NCBI GenBank assembly: GCA_964016885.1
Contig: OZ024741.1
Span: forward strand, 151,528,001 to 151,592,000
DNA length: 64,000 nucleotides
Direction of reading: 5' to 3'
Origin: Eledone cirrhosa
Taxonomy: Eukaryota
Shown here: positions 59,459 to 64,000 of the stretch, piece after piece
Layout of the letters: each line of letters starts with the position of its first letter
How positions within the stretch are numbered: the stretch's first letter is position 1
Position numbers and translations under genes: made by a program
The notes under the pieces: generated by a model
Databases searched by the model: none
What the model was told of the DNA's origin: nothing
Seen by the model: only the letters and a program-made list of their open reading frames with translations

Positions 59459-60201
59459 TTCCTCTGTGTTGTTTACTTGTCTCACTCGCTTTACGCGTTT
59501 TAATTGTCCTAATAACTTATTTTAGTTATTATTGCGCCAACGTGAGGTATATGATTTTTAATGCAATGAAATACCTATGACCGTTGGTAAATCACTGATG
59601 GGGGACTCATTTTATAACATGTTATCCATGTGCAACCATGCAGTATTCTTCTCCCCATTTTTTCACATATATTTACCTAAACTGCGATTCTGTTTTTCTC
59701 TCTCTCTCTCTCTCTCTTACTGCTCCCTCGTTCTCTCTGTTTCTCTTACTTTCTTTCGTCCCCTCTGTCATGTCAGTTAACACTTTCTCTCTACTGACCT
59801 CTTCCTCACACTTCCACTCACTCACTCACTGTTTCTCCCCTTATCACTTCCCCCCGTTCGCGATGTTAACGATTTTCCTTCTTCCTTACATTGGATTCAT
59901 CTCGAAAGGTCTATTTTTTACTCGCTCATATATTCACCCAGCTTATACTGATAGAATAACTATGTAGCTTGTGTCTTTCCTATCTTCGGTTAGCTTTCCT
60001 CTGTGTTGTTTACTTGTCTCACTCGCTTTACGCGTTTTAATTGTCCTAATAACTTATTTTAGTTATTATTGCGCCAACGTGAGGTATATGATTTTTAATG
60101 CAATGAAATACCTATGACCGTTGGTAAATCACTGATGAGGGACTCATTTTATAACATGTTATCCATGTGCAACCATGCAGTATTCTTCTCCCCATTTTTT
60201 C
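59459..60201. repeat. ~205-bp direct repeat pair (59459-59664 and 59996-60201) bounded by (TA)n
   Basis: Near-identical copies with a period of 537 bp. Confidence 0.9.
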
Positions 60202-60236
<35 letters not shown>

Positions 60237-60249
60237 ATTGTATAGAAGG

Positions 60250-60300
60250 AGCTTCTACAGGACTAGTACTGTTTCATTCAGATGAAATCTTCAGGAAGCT
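60250..60300 (-). ncRNA. Type I hammerhead ribozyme
   Basis: agcttc-CUGAAGA-.ttca(tc)tgaa.-GAAA-CAG(uacuaguc)CUG-UA-gaagct. The 3' half of a relative is folded back at 48102-48189. Confidence 0.75.
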
Positions 60301-60811
60301 GGGTGTCATATTAAGTTCTGGTATTTATACATTTAGGTAGTGGTAAGGGAGGGGTGGTGGCTGGGGGTGGGATTTTTTTTACGGGGGGGGGGTAGGATGG
60401 TATTTAGATACACAGGACCACAACATGGCACAGGCCATTTTTTCTTTGGGGAGTGGTCAATTAGCCAGAGTGCTTTTTGAAATAAATAAATAAGTAAATA
60501 AATAAATAAATAAATAAATAAATGAATAAATAGATAAATGAATAAATAAATAAAAAAATATAAATAAATAAAACCCCAGGAATAGTAATTCAACAGATAT
60601 ATAGTAGGGAAATTTTTTTAGGTGGGTTGGTAATAGAAGATAAGCAAGGCCGAATCATGGCACAGACTGAGGTGAGTGGTCAAGTTAACATACAAGCCAC
60701 AGGTGGCCAGAGTGTTTTTGTAGATGGAAAGAATAAAATATATTTACATACTCACAACCGCATACATAAACACTTACACACACACATATATATGCATACC
60801 TATACACACAC

Positions 60812-60879
<68 letters not shown>

Positions 60880-61049
60880 ATGTATGTATGTCTCTCGGTA
60901 TAAACTATACTATACATACATATACATACATATGCACACACATACATACATACACATACATACACACACACACAAACACATACATACACACATATATACA
61001 TATATACATATATACATATACACACATACACACACATACATATATATAT

Positions 61050-61093
<44 letters not shown>

Positions 61094-61290
61094 CGAAGGA
61101 AATGTGATAAGGAACCAGGTGGACCATAACGCACCAAAGTACTCAATACTTAGGGTAGTAGAGTGGGTAATAGGAACAAATAAGACCCCGACGACTGAGC
61201 TCAAGCCGTTTCGACGGCTAATTCTGTATAATTGCGTACAGAATTAGCCGTCGAAACGGCTTGAACTCAGCCGTCGGGGTCTTATTTGTT

Positions 61291-61378
<88 letters not shown>

Positions 61379-61621
61379 GATACATATATATATATATATA
61401 CACATACACATATACAAGCACACACGCATACATACACATACATACATACAATAAGTACACATAAACACATATGCACAAACACGCACTCGTTCGCACACAT
61501 ACATGTGACTATAATATAATGGGAAAAGGTAGTGGGACAAAATTTAAACTGGGCCTGATAGAGGATTAAAATAATTAATATCACTACTAAGTTATTAATA
61601 TTATCATCACGTAATATTATA

Positions 61622-61810
61622 GGCGGTGGATTGGCAGTATCGGTGGAGGGTCGGACGCCATGCTTTCCAGCATAGTTACGTCCCTTTACGATCTGAGTTC
61701 AAATCCCGCCGAGGTTGACTTTGCCTTTCATCCTTGCGGGGTCGATAAAATAAAGTACCAGTAATGTACTGGATAATTGCTGGCCTTGTGCCAAAGGTAG
61801 AAACAATTAT
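61622..61810 (+). mobile_element. SINE family A with TSD
   Basis: Flanking duplication TTATCATCACGTAAT. Confidence 0.85.
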
Positions 61811-62791
61811 CATCACGTAATTAATTACTATTTATTATTTACTATTTACCATTCACTATTCGTTACCCATCTTTTATCTTTTATCTATTCATTACCTAAT
61901 CATTCACTCATTAATTAATAAATAAATAAATAAATAGATAAATAAATAAAGAAATAAAGTAACTAAATAAATAAATAAATACATAAATAAATAAATAAAT
62001 ATACAAATAAATAGATAAATAAATCTCGAACGTGTGCGTGCAGCAGTTCATAACTGCACCTAGGCAAACATGAACAGGTATATAGGTGAATTTGTGTGTG
62101 CGGCCACGGAACTTCACTCAGAGGCATACAACACAATATATAAGACGTGGAGGGGAGGAAAGAAGGTAATAATGAGAGATAGAGGGGAGGCAAGAAGGTA
62201 ATAATAAGAGATGGAGAGACGGAAGTGGGATGGGGGACGGGGGTGGGGTGGTGGTATGGGGAGGGGGTCAGTCGGGGGGCCGGTAGGATCGCGCTCTCTG
62301 GAGTAGTCTCCATTGGGTCTTGAAGGGGATGGAGTTCCTTTTAAGGTGCCAGATGTGGGCGGCGAGTGTAGTTTGGTTAGATTTGTCTGGGCGCCGGAAC
62401 GAATGTGTGTGGGCGTACCAGCGAGTCTTAAAACTGTTAGAAGTCATCCCGATGTACGAGTTTCTTTTTTCATCGGGGCCTGAGAGTACATCGCATATAT
62501 AGACGAGATCTTTTTTTAGACAGTTGTTGTTGAGAGGGCAGGTAGTCTTATCAGGGCAATTGCAATTGCCATCGGCATATATATATATATAGGAAATTGT
62601 TCAAGGCCCCGATGGCAGAGCTCAAGCCGTTTCGACGGCTATTTCTAGACACAGTCCAGAAATACCCGCCGAAACGGCTTGAGCTCTGCCGTCGGGGCCT
62701 TGAACAATTTCCTATTACCCACTCTACTTCCCTAACTATTGAGTACTCTGGTGCGTTATGGTCCACCTAGTTCCTTACCACACTTCCTTCG

Positions 62792-62834
<43 letters not shown>

Positions 62835-63207
62835 ACTACTGTTGAAACATTTGTAAGAACTCGGAATAAATTATCTTTTTATGGTGTCTACCTGTTATTA
62901 TTCATTCTTTATATATATATATATCTATAAATATATTTCTTTAATGGAATATATACAGGGAAGATTAATCATATTATAAGGTATCTATTTTTGAAGTTCT
63001 AGTCAACTTTATTTAGTTACCTACCTAGCTATGTGTGGTTACACACTTGTACAAATTAACTCCTGGAATTATTCATGTTTATATATATGTTAATCAATTT
63101 CTAGTTATTATAAAATGCTCGGACCTACTTGATAGAATCTTTGAGCTTATTTTCCGGTTGATATGGCGCATGCCGTTCTGCCATGACACCCATAATTTTG
63201 ATTTAGA

Positions 63208-64000
63208 TCAAAGGTTCTCAACAGGGGGCATATGCACCCCCGGGGGCGTTTCGGAACTCCAGGGGGGGGGGGGGGCGTTTGGGAGTAAGGTCGCGTTAGG
63301 GGGGGGGGCGTTTGGAGCTGGGGGAGGTGGGTTAGGGGGCGCTGGAAGGCTCTTTATTTTGGTAAGTTTTATAAGGCATATTTGTATGTCTTTGAGACAA
63401 CCAGTGTGAATGCATTTGAATGAGCTTGCAGACAGCATAACTATAGTCTGACTTCAGCTGTGAGCAGGTGTGCAGGCATGTCTGGTAATTGAGACGTTAA
63501 CCGGTAATTGAGATCCTAAAAATGGAAAAACCCACAGTCAACTGGGTCAAAGACACTTTGAGCGCATCGAGTTAGAATCTTATCTTTCCTTCACCGATAA
63601 TAATGTATTTCATGTCTGAAATTATTGACTCAACCGTAACGAGTTAACACTATGTAGATCCATTGTATTCCCTATTGTATAAATAATATTAGAAATAAAA
63701 AAAAAGAAAAGAAAAAAACAGAAGCGAGTAGCACACACATCTAGAACCACATACAACAGATAATCAGATAATACACACATCTAGGACCACATACAGCACA
63801 TAATCAGATAATACACACATCTAGGACCACATACAACACATAATCAGATAATACACACATCTAGGACCACATACAGCACATAATCAGATAATACACACAT
63901 CTTTGGAATATTGTTAATCAATTTTTTAGTAATCTACTGATATAAAAATCAGTAGTATATTGAAAAATAGAAAAATAGGGGGGGGGGGGCGTTTCGTGAT
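63208..64000 (+). mobile_element. Probable non-autonomous hAT-type DNA element (right end beyond the window)
   Basis: Begins CAAAGGTTCTCAAC (cf. CAG.GGTTCTCAAC hAT termini). G-rich GGGGGGCGTTT subterminal motifs occur at both ends. Confidence 0.45.
63733..63902 (+). repeat. 40-bp minisatellite, ~4 copies
   Basis: Unit CACACATCTAGGACCACATACAACACATAATCAGATAATA. Confidence 0.92.

Larger units (their letters stand above)
60236..62575 (-). mobile_element. Fragmented Penelope/Poseidon-type PLE (GIY-YIG at 62270-62575; probable 3' end with HHR at 60250-60300)
   Basis: Minus strand CNCPDKTTCPLNNNCL...SYIGMTSNSFKTRWYAH..TTLAAHIWHLK. Interrupted by a SINE and a fold-back element. Linkage of the two ends is inferred. 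Confidence 0.6.

Noticed and set aside
63035-63438. Gly-rich and Pro-rich ORFs
   Set aside because: They arise from G-runs in the subterminal region of a probable hAT-type non-autonomous element.

Overview
AT-rich, microsatellite-dense eukaryotic DNA with no confidently identifiable host gene. The SINE families and repeat landscape suggest a cephalopod (Octopus-like) genome; this is inference. Nearly all ORFs in the supplied track are microsatellite artefacts. Real coding sequence is limited to decayed mobile elements: a Chapaev3-type DNA transposon (612-2510), a near-full-length Neptune-type Penelope-like element (PLE; 49686-54437), a Poseidon/Penelope-type PLE (44872-46698), several 5'-truncated PLEs, and R4/Dong-, RTE- and possibly Helitron-like fragments. 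There are also about 15 tRNA-derived SINE copies. The main unexplained structure is a dense set of fold-back (palindromic) insertions in (TA)n tracts, from about 45 bp to 8.5 kb. Most carry type I hammerhead ribozyme (HHR) motifs of the minimal PLE type: more than 20 motif copies from roughly ten sequence families, read by eye. Several have a compensatory U3-A8 core (UUGANAA), two related families have a >100-nt stem II, and fold-back points repeatedly fall at or inside the ribozyme. None of the folds or activities has been computed or tested.
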